A DNA stretch of 64,000 nucleotides. Origin: Candidatus Andeanibacterium colombiense (GTDB lineage Bacteria > Pseudomonadota > Alphaproteobacteria > Sphingomonadales > Sphingomonadaceae). A program made the translations under genes and the position numbers. Positions 45,470 to 55,021 of this stretch are shown piece after piece (the stretch's first letter is position 1; each line of letters opens with the position of its first letter). The stretch covers positions 297,767-361,766 of the forward strand of contig CP119316.1 in assembly GCA_029202985.1 (NCBI GenBank). Direction: 5' to 3'. The notes beneath the pieces are model-generated. The model was not told the origin of the DNA and made no database searches. It worked only from the letters and a program-made list of their open reading frames with translations.

Positions 45470-46061
45470 TTGTCGCTCCGTTCGCCCCCTCTCCAAGCTT
45501 CGCTAGCCCGCGCGGCGGGCAAGCTTCGCTATCCTCTCCCGCGAGGGGAGAGCAGGAAGAGGAAGTCATGCCATTGAGAAGCCCCTCTCCCCTTGCGGGA
45601 GAGGGGTTGGGGAGAGGGGTTTCGAGCGCAGCGAGAACGGCTGTCGCGACCCCATCGGGATTGGTGAGGATATCGTTGTTCCAGAAGCGGAGTAGACGAA
45701 AACCTTGCCCCGTCAGATAGGCATCGCGCTGCGCATCGGAAGGGCTTTCCGCATGTTGCGAGCCGTCCGCTTCGACGATCAGGCGGGCTTCGAAGCAGAC
45801 GAAGTCGGCGATATAGCGATCGATCTGTTGCTGGCGCTTGAACTTCCGGCCCGAGAGCCGTTTGCCGCGCAGGATCGACCAGAGTTTGCGCTCGGCATCG
45901 GTCGGTTCACGGCGCATCCGTTTCGCGAGTGGAAGAAGGCTGCCCCCTCTCCTTCCCACCGCTGCGCGGCGGGCCCCTTCCTCCCCCGCGGGGGGGGAGG
46001 AGTTAAGCCCCTCTCCCCTCGCGGGAGAGGGGTTGGGGAGAGGGGGTTTTTCTTCCCTCAT
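45462..46061 (-). CDS. DUF559 (Vsr-like) endonuclease domain protein with repeat-encoded termini
   Basis: 199-aa ORF. Core is MRREPTDAERKLWSILRGKRLSGRKFKRQQQIDRYIADFVCFEARLIVEADGSQH..GFRLLRFWNNDI. The peptide PLPNPSPARGEGL occurs at both ends. An alternative start is at 45917. Confidence 0.7.
   Translation of the reverse strand: MREEKPPLPNPSPARGEGLNSSPPAGEEGARRAAVGRRGGSLLPLAKRMRREPTDAERKLWSILRGKRLSGRKFKRQQQIDRYIADFVCFEARLIVEADGSQHAESPSDAQRDAYLTGQGFRLLRFWNNDILTNPDGVATAVLAALETPLPNPSPARGEGLLNGMTSSSCSPLAGEDSEACPPRGLAKLGEGANGATNG
45581..46047. mobile_element. Putative selfish DUF559 cassette bounded by 40-bp direct repeats
   Basis: GCCCCTCTCCCCTTGCGGGAGAGGGGTTGGGGAGAGGGGT (45581-45620) versus GCCCCTCTCCCCTCGCGGGAGAGGGGTTGGGGAGAGGGGGT (46007-46047). 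Same orientation, one mismatch and one indel. Each copy is itself a hairpin. Confidence 0.4.
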
Positions 46062-46429
46062 GCATCCACCGGCCGCGGCCGCCCGTCATCGTCCACCGCG
46101 ACGAAGGTGAACTTCGCCTCGGTAACCTTCACCGCATCGGCCGAGTGGCGCGGGCGGCGCCAGGCTTCGACGTCGATCCGCATCGAGGTGCGGCCGACAT
46201 GCTCGATCGTGCAATAGACCGAGACCTCATCGCCCACCTTGACCGGTTCGAGGAACTGCATCCCGTCGATCGAGATCGTGACCGCCCTGCCCTTGGCTCG
46301 CAACGCGGCGACCAGGCCGGCGCCATTGTCCATGATGCTGACCAGCCAGCCGCCGAAGATGTCGCCATAGGCATTGGCATCGCGCGGCATCGCGGTGACG
46401 CGGATCGCCGGATCGCGTGGTTCGGTCAT
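46058..46429 (-). CDS. Acyl-CoA thioesterase (hotdog fold, YciA-like)
   Basis: ORF 46058..46456, with ATG at 46429. MPRDANAYGDIFGGWLVSIMD..VTISIDGMQFLEPVKVGDEV. Confidence 0.85.
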   Translation of the reverse strand: MTEPRDPAIRVTAMPRDANAYGDIFGGWLVSIMDNGAGLVAALRAKGRAVTISIDGMQFLEPVKVGDEVSVYCTIEHVGRTSMRIDVEAWRRPRHSADAVKVTEAKFTFVAVDDDGRPRPVDA

Positions 46430-46673
46430 GCGGCGAAGGCCCTGAGGGTTACACAAGCGACACGTGTATCATAGGCTGTCCGGCCGAATTCCACCTGCCT
46501 GCTCAATGATTTACGCCCCAAAGTGACAAATCCCGGGTTTTCGGAAATCGCGTAAGGATATTTCGCGAGGCTTGCCGGAACTATCCCGGCCGACAGGCTT
46601 CGCAAACCGACCGATGAGTGCCGAGTCGTCATGCGCAAGACCGTGACACAGCGAGCCGTTTGTAGGAAAGTTA

Positions 46674-47969
46674 TTACGCCACCAGCCCGAGCGGGTTCTC
46701 GACCAGTTGCTTGAACGCCTGCATCAGCTGCGCGCCGTCGGCGCCGTCGATCGCGCGGTGGTCGAAGCTGCCGGTCGCGCTCATCACGGTCGCGACCGCC
46801 AGCGCGCCATCGACCACATAGGGCCGCGGCTCGCCCGCGCCGATCGCCATGATCATCGCCTGGGGCGGATTGATCACCGCTTCGAACTGCTTGATCCCGA
46901 ACATCCCCATGTTGGAGATGCTGGCGGTGCCGCCCTGGTATTCGTGCGGCTGCAATTTGCCGTCTCGCGCGCGGGCGGCGAGATCCTTCATCTCGGTCGA
47001 GATCTGCGACAGCGACTTGGTGCCGGCATCGACGATGATCGGGGTGATCAATCCGCCGGGGATCGACACCGCGACCGAAATGTCGGCGCGGCTGAACTTG
47101 AGCAATTCGTCGCCCGCGAACTGGACGTTGCAGCTCGGCACGCGCAGCAGCGCCTTGGCCTGCGCCTTGATCAGCAGATCGTTGACCGACAGCTTCACAC
47201 CGTCCGCTTCGAGCGCCGCGTTGAGCTCGCCGCGCAGCTTCAGGAGTTTGTCGAGCTGGATATCGACCGTGAGGTAGATGTGCGGAATCTGCTGCTTGGA
47301 TTCGGTCAGGCGGCGCGCGATCGTTTTGCGCATGCCGGAAAGCTTTTCGACTTCGTGCGGGATGCCGAAGTCCTGCGCGGCGGCGGGCGTTGCCGCAGCG
47401 GGCTGCGGGGACGGAGCTGCGGCGGCACCGGGCTTCGCGCCTTCGACGTCGGCCTTGACGATGCGGCCATGCGGGCCTGAGCCCTGGATCGCGGCGAGAT
47501 CGACGCCCTTTTCGGCGGCGATACGCTTGGCGAGCGGCGAAGCGAGCACACGCTCGCCTGCCGCACTCTTTGCCGCAGGAGCAGGAGGCGGCGTGGCTTT
47601 CTCTTGCGCCCCCGCGGAGGCGGGGGCCTCAGTCGGCTTGGCGGTTGGTTGCGTATCATCGCCCGAGGCCCCCGCCTTCGCGGGGGCACCGGTTTCGGCG
47701 GCCGGCTTCACGCTGGCCACATCCTCGCCGTCCTCGGCCAGGGTCGCGATCACCGTGCCGACCTTCACGCCTTCGGTCCCCTCGGGCACCGCGATATCGG
47801 CGATCGTGCCTTCGTCGACCGCTTCGAATTCCATCGTCGCCTTGTCGGTTTCGATCTCGGCCATGATGTCGCCGGACTTCACCGTATCGCCGACCTTCAC
47901 CAGCCAGCGCGAGAGCGTGCCCTCTTCCATCGTGGGGGACAGGGCAGGCATCTTGATCGCGATCGACAT
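46674..47969 (-). CDS. pdhC: Pyruvate dehydrogenase complex dihydrolipoamide acetyltransferase (E2)
   Basis: 431 aa. Lipoyl domain (ETDKATMEF), peripheral-subunit-binding domain ([15 protein letters not shown]) and catalytic domain ([10 protein letters not shown]). Confidence 0.96.
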   Translation of the reverse strand: MSIAIKMPALSPTMEEGTLSRWLVKVGDTVKSGDIMAEIETDKATMEFEAVDEGTIADIAVPEGTEGVKVGTVIATLAEDGEDVASVKPAAETGAPAKAGASGDDTQPTAKPTEAPASAGAQEKATPPPAPAAKSAAGERVLASPLAKRIAAEKGVDLAAIQGSGPHGRIVKADVEGAKPGAAAAPSPQPAAATPAAAQDFGIPHEVEKLSGMRKTIARRLTESKQQIPHIYLTVDIQLDKLLKLRGELNAALEADGVKLSVNDLLIKAQAKALLRVPSCNVQFAGDELLKFSRADISVAVSIPGGLITPIIVDAGTKSLSQISTEMKDLAARARDGKLQPHEYQGGTASISNMGMFGIKQFEAVINPPQAMIMAIGAGEPRPYVVDGALAVATVMSATGSFDHRAIDGADGAQLMQAFKQLVENPLGLVA

Positions 47970-48141
47970 GGCGGAAGGAATTATCCCAAATGATGACTTT
48001 TACGTCCGCGTCTCTGGCCAATTTGGCGCGCCGGAGCAAGCCCGTCCTGCGCCTGGCGGGGATCGAATGCATCGTTTCTTGCGCGAAATCTCCTTTGGGC
48101 GGATACGGCTGACAGGGGCTAGGCCCGAGGAGAGGGGCTCG

Positions 48142-48591
48142 ATGCGCGTCTATCTGGTGATCATGGACGAAACCGACGAGGCGCGGGTCGCCTTGCGGTT
48201 CGCGTCGCGGCGCGCGGCCGGAACCGAGGGTTCGGTACATATCCTAGCGCTCGTCCCGCCGCAGGATTTCGTAGCTTTCGGCGGGGTCCAGGCGACGATC
48301 GAGCAGGAAGCGCGCGACCGCGCCGAGATGCTTGCCGCCAGCGCCGCGGGCGCGTTGCAGTCCGAAGGGGTCAAATTGCCGCTGATCTCGGTTCGCCAGG
48401 GCGAGAGCGACAAGGTCATCCGCGACTATCTCACCGAGCATCCGGAGGTGGCTGCACTGGTATTGGGCGCGGCGACGGATGGGCCGGGTCCACTGGTCAG
48501 CCATTTCGCGTCGATTTCGGGGGGCCTGCCCTGCCCGCTGTTCGTGGTGCCCGGCGGATTGAGCGACGAAGAGATCGATCGGCTGAGCTGA
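48142..48591 (+). CDS. Universal stress protein family protein
   Basis: Last 149 aa of ORF 47278..48591, with ATG at 48142 after GAGGAGAGG. VYLVIMDETDEARVALRFA..AALVLGAATDG..PCPLFVVPG. Confidence 0.75.
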   Translation: MRVYLVIMDETDEARVALRFASRRAAGTEGSVHILALVPPQDFVAFGGVQATIEQEARDRAEMLAASAAGALQSEGVKLPLISVRQGESDKVIRDYLTEHPEVAALVLGAATDGPGPLVSHFASISGGLPCPLFVVPGGLSDEEIDRLS

Positions 48592-48605
48592 TCGTCAAAG
48601 CCGGG

Positions 48606-48678
48606 CCCCCGCGCAGGCCGGGGGTCTCAGGCAGTCGGGCGTTCCGTTCGCGGCACGAGATCCTCGCCTTCGCGGGGA
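48606..48678. repeat. REP/BIME-like paired units (locus C, second unit degenerate)
   Basis: CCCCCGCGCAGGCCGGGGGTCTCAGGC (48606-48632) plus a diverged inverted unit GAGATCCTCGCCTTCGCGGGGA (48657-48678). Lies between the convergent usp gene and rnr. Confidence 0.7.
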
Positions 48679-48679
48679 A

Positions 48680-50953
48680 TCAGCGTTTCTTGCGCCCCTG
48701 GTGCCGGATATTCGCCGGCCGCCCGCGCTTGCCGGCGAGGAAGTTCCCCTGCTTGCGCTCGGGCGGCTTAGATCCGCGCCGTTCGATCGGTTGCCCCTCG
48801 GAGTCGAGCGTCTCGAACTTCAGCGCGCCGGTCAGCGGATTGGCCTCGGCCAGCTTGAGCTTCAGCCGGTCGCCGGTGGTGTAGCGCTGACCGGTCTTGT
48901 CGCCGACGAGCGCCTGGGCCTTCTCGTCATAGTGGTAATAATCGTTGCCGAGGGTCGAGACCGGCACCAGCCCGTCGCCGCCGAGCCCCAGGATCGTCGC
49001 GAAGAAGCCGAATTTCTGGACCCCGGTGATGCGGGTGTCGAAAGTCTCGCCGACCTTGCCCGAGAGCCAGGCGGCCATGTAGCGGTCGGTCGTCTCGCGC
49101 TCGGCCTCCATCGCGCGGCGTTCGAAGCCGGAAATCGCCTCGCTGATCTTTTCGAGATCGTCACGGTCGCGGTCGGACAGGCCCGAACCCGGCGGCAGCT
49201 TCTGCGGCTGTGGCTGTTCCAGCCCGAAAGCGTCGACCAGCGCGCGGTGGACCAGCAGGTCGGAATAGCGCCGGATCGGCGAGGTGAAATGCGCATAGCT
49301 GCCCAGCGCGAGGCCGAAGTGGCCGGCGTTCTTCGGCCCGTAATAGGCCTGGGTCTGGCTGCGCAGCACCGCCTCCATCACCAGCGCCTTCTCGCCCTCG
49401 TCGGTGACGTCCTTGAGCATGCGGTTGAACAGCGTGGGCGTGATCACCTGGCCGAGCGCGAGGGTTTTATCCATCGTCTTGAGATATTCGCGCAGCGAAA
49501 CCAGTTTCTCCCGGCTCGGCGGCTCGTGGATCCGGTAGACCACCGGACTGGTCTTGCTTTCGAGGGCCTTGGCCGCCGCGACATTGGCCGCGATCATGAA
49601 TTCCTCGACCACCCGGTGCGCATCGAGCCGCTCGCGGATCGCGATTTCGGAAATGCGGCCCTTCTCGTCGAGCATCACCCGGCGTTCGGGCAGGTCGAGA
49701 TCGAGCGGATCGCGCCGGCTGCGCGCCGCGTCGAGCACGGCCCAGGCGGCCCACAAATTCTTGAGATTGTCGTCGGCGGTCCCGTCGTCGATCGCCGCCT
49801 GCGCCTTCTCATAGGCGATGTTGGCCGCGATCCGTACCCGCGCGCGGGTGAAGCGCCAGCCGGTGAGCTTGCCGGTCTTGTCGATCTGGAGATGGCAGGC
49901 CATCGCCGCGCGGTCCTGGCCCTGCTTGAGGCTGCAGACATCGGCGCTGAGCACTTCGGGGAGCATCGGCACCACGCGGTCGGGGAAATAGACCGAATTG
50001 CCGCGCTTGCGCGCCTCGCGGTCGACCGCGCCGCCCGGCCGGACATAGAACGACACATCGGCGATCGCGACGATCGCATTGAACCCACCCTGCCCGTCGG
50101 GCTCGGCCCAGATCGCATCGTCATGGTCGCGCGCGTCGGCCGGGTCGATCGCGACGATCGGGATATGGCGCAGATCCTCGCGCTTCTCTTCCGACAAAGG
50201 CAGTTTCGCGGCCAGGTCGGCCTCGGCGATCGTCTCGCCCGCGAAGGCGAAGGGGATGTTGTACTTGGCGATCGCGATCAGGCTGAAGGCCTTGGGCGCA
50301 AGCGGATCGCCGAGCACCTGAACCACTTTCACGCCAGCGCGCGGCGAACGGCCCGCCGGCTCGGCCAGCACCAGTTGCCCGGCCTCCGCGCCGCCGAGAT
50401 CGGCGATCGGCGAGGAATTGCGGATGCGCTTGTCGACCGGCGCGAGCCAGCCCTTCCCTGCCCCGTCGAGCTCGACCACGCCCATCAGCGATGCACCGAG
50501 CGACGGCAGCACCTTCATCGGATGCGCGATCCAGCCGGTACCGCTCTCCTCGGTGCGCGCGAGCACGCGGTCGCCGGTCTTGAGTGCGGCCTGCTTGCCG
50601 GGGCCCTTCTTGCGTTCGATCAGGCGGATGCGCGGCGGCGGGGTGCGATCGTCCGGATCCCAGTTGTCGGGCACCGCCAGCGCCTCGCCGTCGTCGATCT
50701 CGACAACCCGCAGCACGGTGACCTTCGGAATCCCGCCCATCTTGTGGAACGCGGTCTTCTTGCCGTCGATCAGGCCTTCGTCGGCCATGTCCTTGAGCAA
50801 TTTCTTGAGGGCGATCTTCTCCTGCCCCTGAAGCCCGAAGGCGCGCGCGATTTCGCGCTTGCCGGCAGGCTTGTCCGAGGTCTGGATGAATTCGAGCACC
50901 TGCTCCTTCGTGGGCAGGCCCACGAACCTTGTGCTAACGGGGCGCTTGGGCAT
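48680..50953 (-). CDS. rnr: Ribonuclease R
   Basis: 757 aa. RNB catalytic region (IDPADARDHDDA..VYFPDRVVPMLP..HFGLA..YAHFTSPIRRYSDL), S1 domain and basic C-terminal tail. Confidence 0.95.
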   Translation of the reverse strand: MPKRPVSTRFVGLPTKEQVLEFIQTSDKPAGKREIARAFGLQGQEKIALKKLLKDMADEGLIDGKKTAFHKMGGIPKVTVLRVVEIDDGEALAVPDNWDPDDRTPPPRIRLIERKKGPGKQAALKTGDRVLARTEESGTGWIAHPMKVLPSLGASLMGVVELDGAGKGWLAPVDKRIRNSSPIADLGGAEAGQLVLAEPAGRSPRAGVKVVQVLGDPLAPKAFSLIAIAKYNIPFAFAGETIAEADLAAKLPLSEEKREDLRHIPIVAIDPADARDHDDAIWAEPDGQGGFNAIVAIADVSFYVRPGGAVDREARKRGNSVYFPDRVVPMLPEVLSADVCSLKQGQDRAAMACHLQIDKTGKLTGWRFTRARVRIAANIAYEKAQAAIDDGTADDNLKNLWAAWAVLDAARSRRDPLDLDLPERRVMLDEKGRISEIAIRERLDAHRVVEEFMIAANVAAAKALESKTSPVVYRIHEPPSREKLVSLREYLKTMDKTLALGQVITPTLFNRMLKDVTDEGEKALVMEAVLRSQTQAYYGPKNAGHFGLALGSYAHFTSPIRRYSDLLVHRALVDAFGLEQPQPQKLPPGSGLSDRDRDDLEKISEAISGFERRAMEAERETTDRYMAAWLSGKVGETFDTRITGVQKFGFFATILGLGGDGLVPVSTLGNDYYHYDEKAQALVGDKTGQRYTTGDRLKLKLAEANPLTGALKFETLDSEGQPIERRGSKPPERKQGNFLAGKRGRPANIRHQGRKKR

Positions 50954-51020
50954 CGAACGGCGATAGTGCTAATCCCTCCCCACGTCACTGACGGAATCGT
51001 TGATACGAGGAGAGGCCCCG

Positions 51021-51443
51021 ATGCGGCATTATTTGATCGTCGGCTTGATCGGGACCCTCGCCGCCGCCGCGCTTACGGCGGAAGCTCCCGCGGAAGTCCC
51101 GTCGCGCTTCGAACTGGGGCTGGACTGCGCCGCGGCCGCGACGGTTTCCACCATGCTGCTGAAGCAGACCAAGGCGCCGGCGGCGATGCAGGAATCATAC
51201 GCCTCGACCCTCGCGTCGGTCGGCGGAATGCTGCACGATCTCGCACCCGCCGCGGGCATGACGGACGCGCAGGTCGATCTGGAAATCACCCGGCGGAGCA
51301 ACGTGCTGGTCGACAGCCTCAACGCCACCCCGGACGATGGCTATCAGGCGGCGGTGTTGAAGCAGGTTTCGCTGGAGCCCGATGGCGGCATGGGCGCCTG
51401 CACCACACTGCTGAACGAAGTACGCATCGAAAAGAAGCCCTAA
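51021..51443 (+). CDS. Hypothetical secreted protein
   Basis: ORF 51000..51443, with ATG at 51021 after GAGGAGAGG. Has a signal peptide; I recognise no family. Confidence 0.5.
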   Translation: MRHYLIVGLIGTLAAAALTAEAPAEVPSRFELGLDCAAAATVSTMLLKQTKAPAAMQESYASTLASVGGMLHDLAPAAGMTDAQVDLEITRRSNVLVDSLNATPDDGYQAAVLKQVSLEPDGGMGACTTLLNEVRIEKKP

Positions 51444-51571
51444 GCCGCGCCGGCCCGCCCCGCGCAAAGTCGTTCGCCCGCGCGCACCGGCCTTTCGTCG
51501 ATTGACCCTTGCCCGGCAGACGGCATAGTGGCCGCTGGTTGCACGCGATACCACACAGGGGACTCCACTTC

Positions 51572-53602
51572 ATGCGCACCGAGCTTGCGGGCATCCTGCT
51601 CGCCGCCACCGCCCTCACCGCCACTTCCGCCTCGGCCAAGGATGCCCCGGGCGATACGGTGATCGCCGCGATGGGCCCGATCCTCGCGACCGCGCCCGAC
51701 GCCAAAGCGATCAATGCCAAGTGCGACAGCCTGACCGCCGAGATCCAGCGCCGCGTCACCGAGCTGGAGGGTGAGAGCGGGCCGGCCACCGTCGGCACCA
51801 CGCTCACCCGCTACGATGCGATCAATGCGCTGCTGGGCGGCGGCTCGGGCGAGTTCACCCTCTATCAGCAGGTGATGGCCGACGATGCGCGCCGCGACGC
51901 GGGTGGCGCCTGCCAGGTGAAGCTCGCCGCGCTGTCGAGCAAGCTCAGCCTGTCGCGCCCGATCTACGACCGGCTGAAGGCGATCGACGCTTCGGCCGAG
52001 GACGACCAGACCAGATATTACCTGAGGCAGGCGCTCGCCGGCTTCGAACGCGGCGGCGTCGCGCTCGACGATGCGCAGCGCGCCGAAGTCCAGGCGCTGC
52101 AGGAGAAGATTGCTCAGGTCGCCAACGATTTCGATGCCAACATCGCCGCCGGGGAGAAATCGCTCAAGGTCGCGCCGACGGAATTGGCGGGCCTGCCGCA
52201 AGACTGGATCGACGCACACAAGCCCGGCGCCGACGGCCTGGTCACGATCACCACCGCCTATCCCGACTACAATCCGGTGATGAGCTACGCCAAGAGCGAC
52301 CAGCTCCGCCACGATCTCTCAGTCATCTACAACCAGCGCGCCTTCCCCGTGAACGATGCGAAACTGCGCGAATTGCTCGAACTGCGCCAGCAGCTCGCCG
52401 AGAAGCTCGGCCGGCGGAATTATGCCCAGCTCGTCCTCGAGGACAAGATGGTCAACACGCCGAAGCAGGTCGAGACATTGCTGCAGGACATGGCCGAAGC
52501 GGCACGCCCGGCGGCCGAGGGCGATTACGCCAAGAACCTCGCGGTGCTGAAGGAACTGCGCCCGGGCGCGACCGACATCCGTTACTGGGAATCGGGCTGG
52601 CTCGCGCCGATTGTCCAGCAGCGCGACTACGATTACGATCCGCAGGAAGCGCGCAAGTATTTCGCCTATGACCAGGTGCGCGACGGGATACTCAAGCTCG
52701 CCGAGGATCTGTTCGATGTCACCATCACCCCGTGGAAGACCCCGGTGTGGGACAAGGAGGTCGAGACTTACGAAGTCCGCGACCACGGCACGCTGATCGG
52801 GCGCTTCTATTTCGATTCGCATCCGCGCCCGGGCAAGTACAGCCACGCCAACATGGTTCCGCTGCGCCCCGGCGTCCTCGGCGGCAAGTCCGTGCCGCTC
52901 GGCGCGCTGGTGATGAACCTGCCGCGCGGCGATCACACCACCGGGCTGATGGAGCACGGCGACGTGGAGACCTTCCTCCACGAATTCGGCCACATGCTGC
53001 ACCACATCTTCGGCGGCACCCAGCGCTGGTTCGCACAGAGCGGCGTCGCGACCGAATGGGACTTCGTCGAGGCCCCGTCGCAAATGCTGGAGAACTGGGT
53101 CTACGATTACGATACGCTCGCCAAGTTCGCAAAGGACAAGGACGGCAACCCGATTCCGCGCGACCTGGTCGAGAAGATGAACCGCGCGCGCTATTTCAAC
53201 CTCGGCTTCGGCGACATGCGCCAGCTCGGCTACGCGAACATCTCGCTCGAGCTGCACCAGGAGCCGGTGCCCGAGAACCTCGGGCAGGCGACGCGCTATT
53301 ACCGCGGGCAATTCGACCTCGTGCCAACTCCCGATTACGTCGAGATGCAGGATTCCTTCGGCCATCTGAACGGCTATTCGGCGATCTATTACACCTACCG
53401 CTGGTCCAAGGTGATCGCCGACGATCTGTTCACCCGCTTCGAGAAGGACGGGCTGCGCGATCCGGAGACGGCGAAGGAATACCGCCAACGGGTACTGGCC
53501 AAGGGCGGCACCCGCCCCGCCGCAGCGCTGGTGAAAGACTTCCTCGGCCGCGACATCAGCCTCGACGCCTATCGCGCCGAGATGGAGAAGGCGGCGAAGT
53601 AG
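51572..53602 (+). CDS. M3 family metallopeptidase (oligopeptidase A/Dcp-like), secreted
   Basis: ORF 51509..53602, with ATG at 51572 (MRTELAGILLAATALTATSASA). Zinc motif HEFGHMLHH and downstream EAPSQ. Confidence 0.88.
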   Translation: MRTELAGILLAATALTATSASAKDAPGDTVIAAMGPILATAPDAKAINAKCDSLTAEIQRRVTELEGESGPATVGTTLTRYDAINALLGGGSGEFTLYQQVMADDARRDAGGACQVKLAALSSKLSLSRPIYDRLKAIDASAEDDQTRYYLRQALAGFERGGVALDDAQRAEVQALQEKIAQVANDFDANIAAGEKSLKVAPTELAGLPQDWIDAHKPGADGLVTITTAYPDYNPVMSYAKSDQLRHDLSVIYNQRAFPVNDAKLRELLELRQQLAEKLGRRNYAQLVLEDKMVNTPKQVETLLQDMAEAARPAAEGDYAKNLAVLKELRPGATDIRYWESGWLAPIVQQRDYDYDPQEARKYFAYDQVRDGILKLAEDLFDVTITPWKTPVWDKEVETYEVRDHGTLIGRFYFDSHPRPGKYSHANMVPLRPGVLGGKSVPLGALVMNLPRGDHTTGLMEHGDVETFLHEFGHMLHHIFGGTQRWFAQSGVATEWDFVEAPSQMLENWVYDYDTLAKFAKDKDGNPIPRDLVEKMNRARYFNLGFGDMRQLGYANISLELHQEPVPENLGQATRYYRGQFDLVPTPDYVEMQDSFGHLNGYSAIYYTYRWSKVIADDLFTRFEKDGLRDPETAKEYRQRVLAKGGTRPAAALVKDFLGRDISLDAYRAEMEKAAK

Positions 53603-53610
53603 GCTTGCTC

Positions 53611-53696
53611 TTCGTCATTGCGAGGAGCGAAGCGACGAAGCAATCCAGAGCGGCGCAAGATGCCCTGGATTGCTTCGCTCCGCTCGCAATGACGAA
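53611..53696. repeat. Imperfect inverted-repeat element (GTCATTGCGAG..GAAGCAATCCAG family) between convergent peptidase genes
   Basis: TTCGTCATTGCGAGGAGCGAAGCGACGAAGCAATCCAG (53611-53648) versus CTGGATTGCTTCGCTCCGCTCGCAATGACGAA (53665-53696). Confidence 0.7.
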
Positions 53697-53698
53697 AA

Positions 53699-55021
53699 TT
53701 ATGGGGCGGCCGGCCCAAACCCGCCGCCAGGCAGCGCACTGGCGACCGGGCTTTCGGCGCCATCGGCCGAAACCGAGCTGACCCCAAAGAACCAGTCGTC
53801 GCCACGGACACCGTCGAGCGTAGCCTCGGAGCCAGCGATGCCGGCCTTAAGCGGCTTGTCGTTCCAGTAGGGCTGGTCGGTGCGGCGCTGCCAGATCGTA
53901 TAGCTCGCGGCGCCGGCGACCGGCATCCAGGTCAGCTTCGTATAGGTCTTCACCGCTGAGTCCGCCGTCGATACCGGCGGCAGCGGCGCGCGCGCGAGCC
54001 GGTCGAGCGTGCGGACGTTGAGCCGGGTTACCTTCGCGAGATAGGGAAAATCGACGTGGTCGGGCGTGTCGCCATATTCGACGCCGTTTTCCGTCCGGAC
54101 GTTCTGGTGCTGGCGGTTGTAATTCTCGATGGCGGCCGTGAAGCGGATCGCCGGATAGCCGGCCGCGAGGAACGGGAAATGGTCGCCGCCGCGATGCGCG
54201 CGGTCCACCCGCCACACCTGCCGCACCGCGAGGCCGTCCGCGGCCGGCTCGGCCAGTTGGCCCACAAAGCGCGAGAGATTGCGCGACGGGCTGTCGTTCT
54301 CGCCGCCGCTGGCGCGCTGTGCCGCGCGCAATTTATCGTCGGCATCGGCGCGCGGTCCTTCGGAGAACACCCGCACATGGCTGTCGTCGCACACCCCGTC
54401 CGAACCGCAGGTCCCGCCGACGATGTCGTTGTTGAGCACCGCCTTGACCGTCCAGCCCTGCGCCTTCGCATATTCGGCCAGCAGCGCGCCGCCATACAGC
54501 CCCTGCTCCTCGCCCGAGAGCAGAGCGTAGACGATGGTGGTGGGGTATTTGTGCCGCGACAGCACCCGCGCCGCTTCCAGCACCAGCGACGATCCGGACG
54601 CATCGTCGTTCGCGCCGGGCGCATCGCTATTCGGGTCCAGCACGTCGGACGGCATGCTGTCGATATGGCCCTGGACGATCACGACTTCGTTCGGGCGCTC
54701 GCTGCCGCGCTGGATCGCGACCACATCGACCAGCCGCACCGGATCGGGGATGCGGTTGCCCGACACCATCTTCTCCGGCAGCGCGATTTCGAGGCAGCCG
54801 CCGCAAGCAGCGCTGGTCTTGCGAAACTCGCCCTCGCCCCAGGCGCGCGCGGCGCCGATCCCGCGCTTGGGATCGGTCTGCGACGACAGCGTGTGACGTG
54901 TGCCGAAGCCGGCCAGCGTCTCGACCGACGATTTGAGCCGCGCCTCGGACACATCGGTTTCAGGAGCCTGCGCACCCGCCGGAGCGGCGAGGACCAGGCA
55001 GGCAAGCGCGAGGCGCCGCAT
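53699..55021 (-). CDS. M28 family aminopeptidase with C-terminal FN3-like domain
   Basis: ORF 53699..55276, with ATG at 55021 (MRRLALACLVLAAPAGAQA). QGHIDSMP..GANDDASGS..LSGEEQGLYG metal-ligand motifs. Confidence 0.82.
   Translation of the reverse strand: MRRLALACLVLAAPAGAQAPETDVSEARLKSSVETLAGFGTRHTLSSQTDPKRGIGAARAWGEGEFRKTSAACGGCLEIALPEKMVSGNRIPDPVRLVDVVAIQRGSERPNEVVIVQGHIDSMPSDVLDPNSDAPGANDDASGSSLVLEAARVLSRHKYPTTIVYALLSGEEQGLYGGALLAEYAKAQGWTVKAVLNNDIVGGTCGSDGVCDDSHVRVFSEGPRADADDKLRAAQRASGGENDSPSRNLSRFVGQLAEPAADGLAVRQVWRVDRAHRGGDHFPFLAAGYPAIRFTAAIENYNRQHQNVRTENGVEYGDTPDHVDFPYLAKVTRLNVRTLDRLARAPLPPVSTADSAVKTYTKLTWMPVAGAASYTIWQRRTDQPYWNDKPLKAGIAGSEATLDGVRGDDWFFGVSSVSADGAESPVASALPGGGFGPAAP

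Noticed and set aside
45494-46047. CRISPR-like appearance of the repeated GC hairpins around the DUF559 ORF.
   Set aside because: There are only two full copies, 426 bp apart, and they flank a protein-coding core. There is no regular repeat-spacer periodicity and there are no cas genes.
46426-46638. 70-aa ORF in the pdhC-thioesterase spacer.
   Set aside because: Low GC3, unnatural composition, and overlap with the thioesterase start codon. No RBS.
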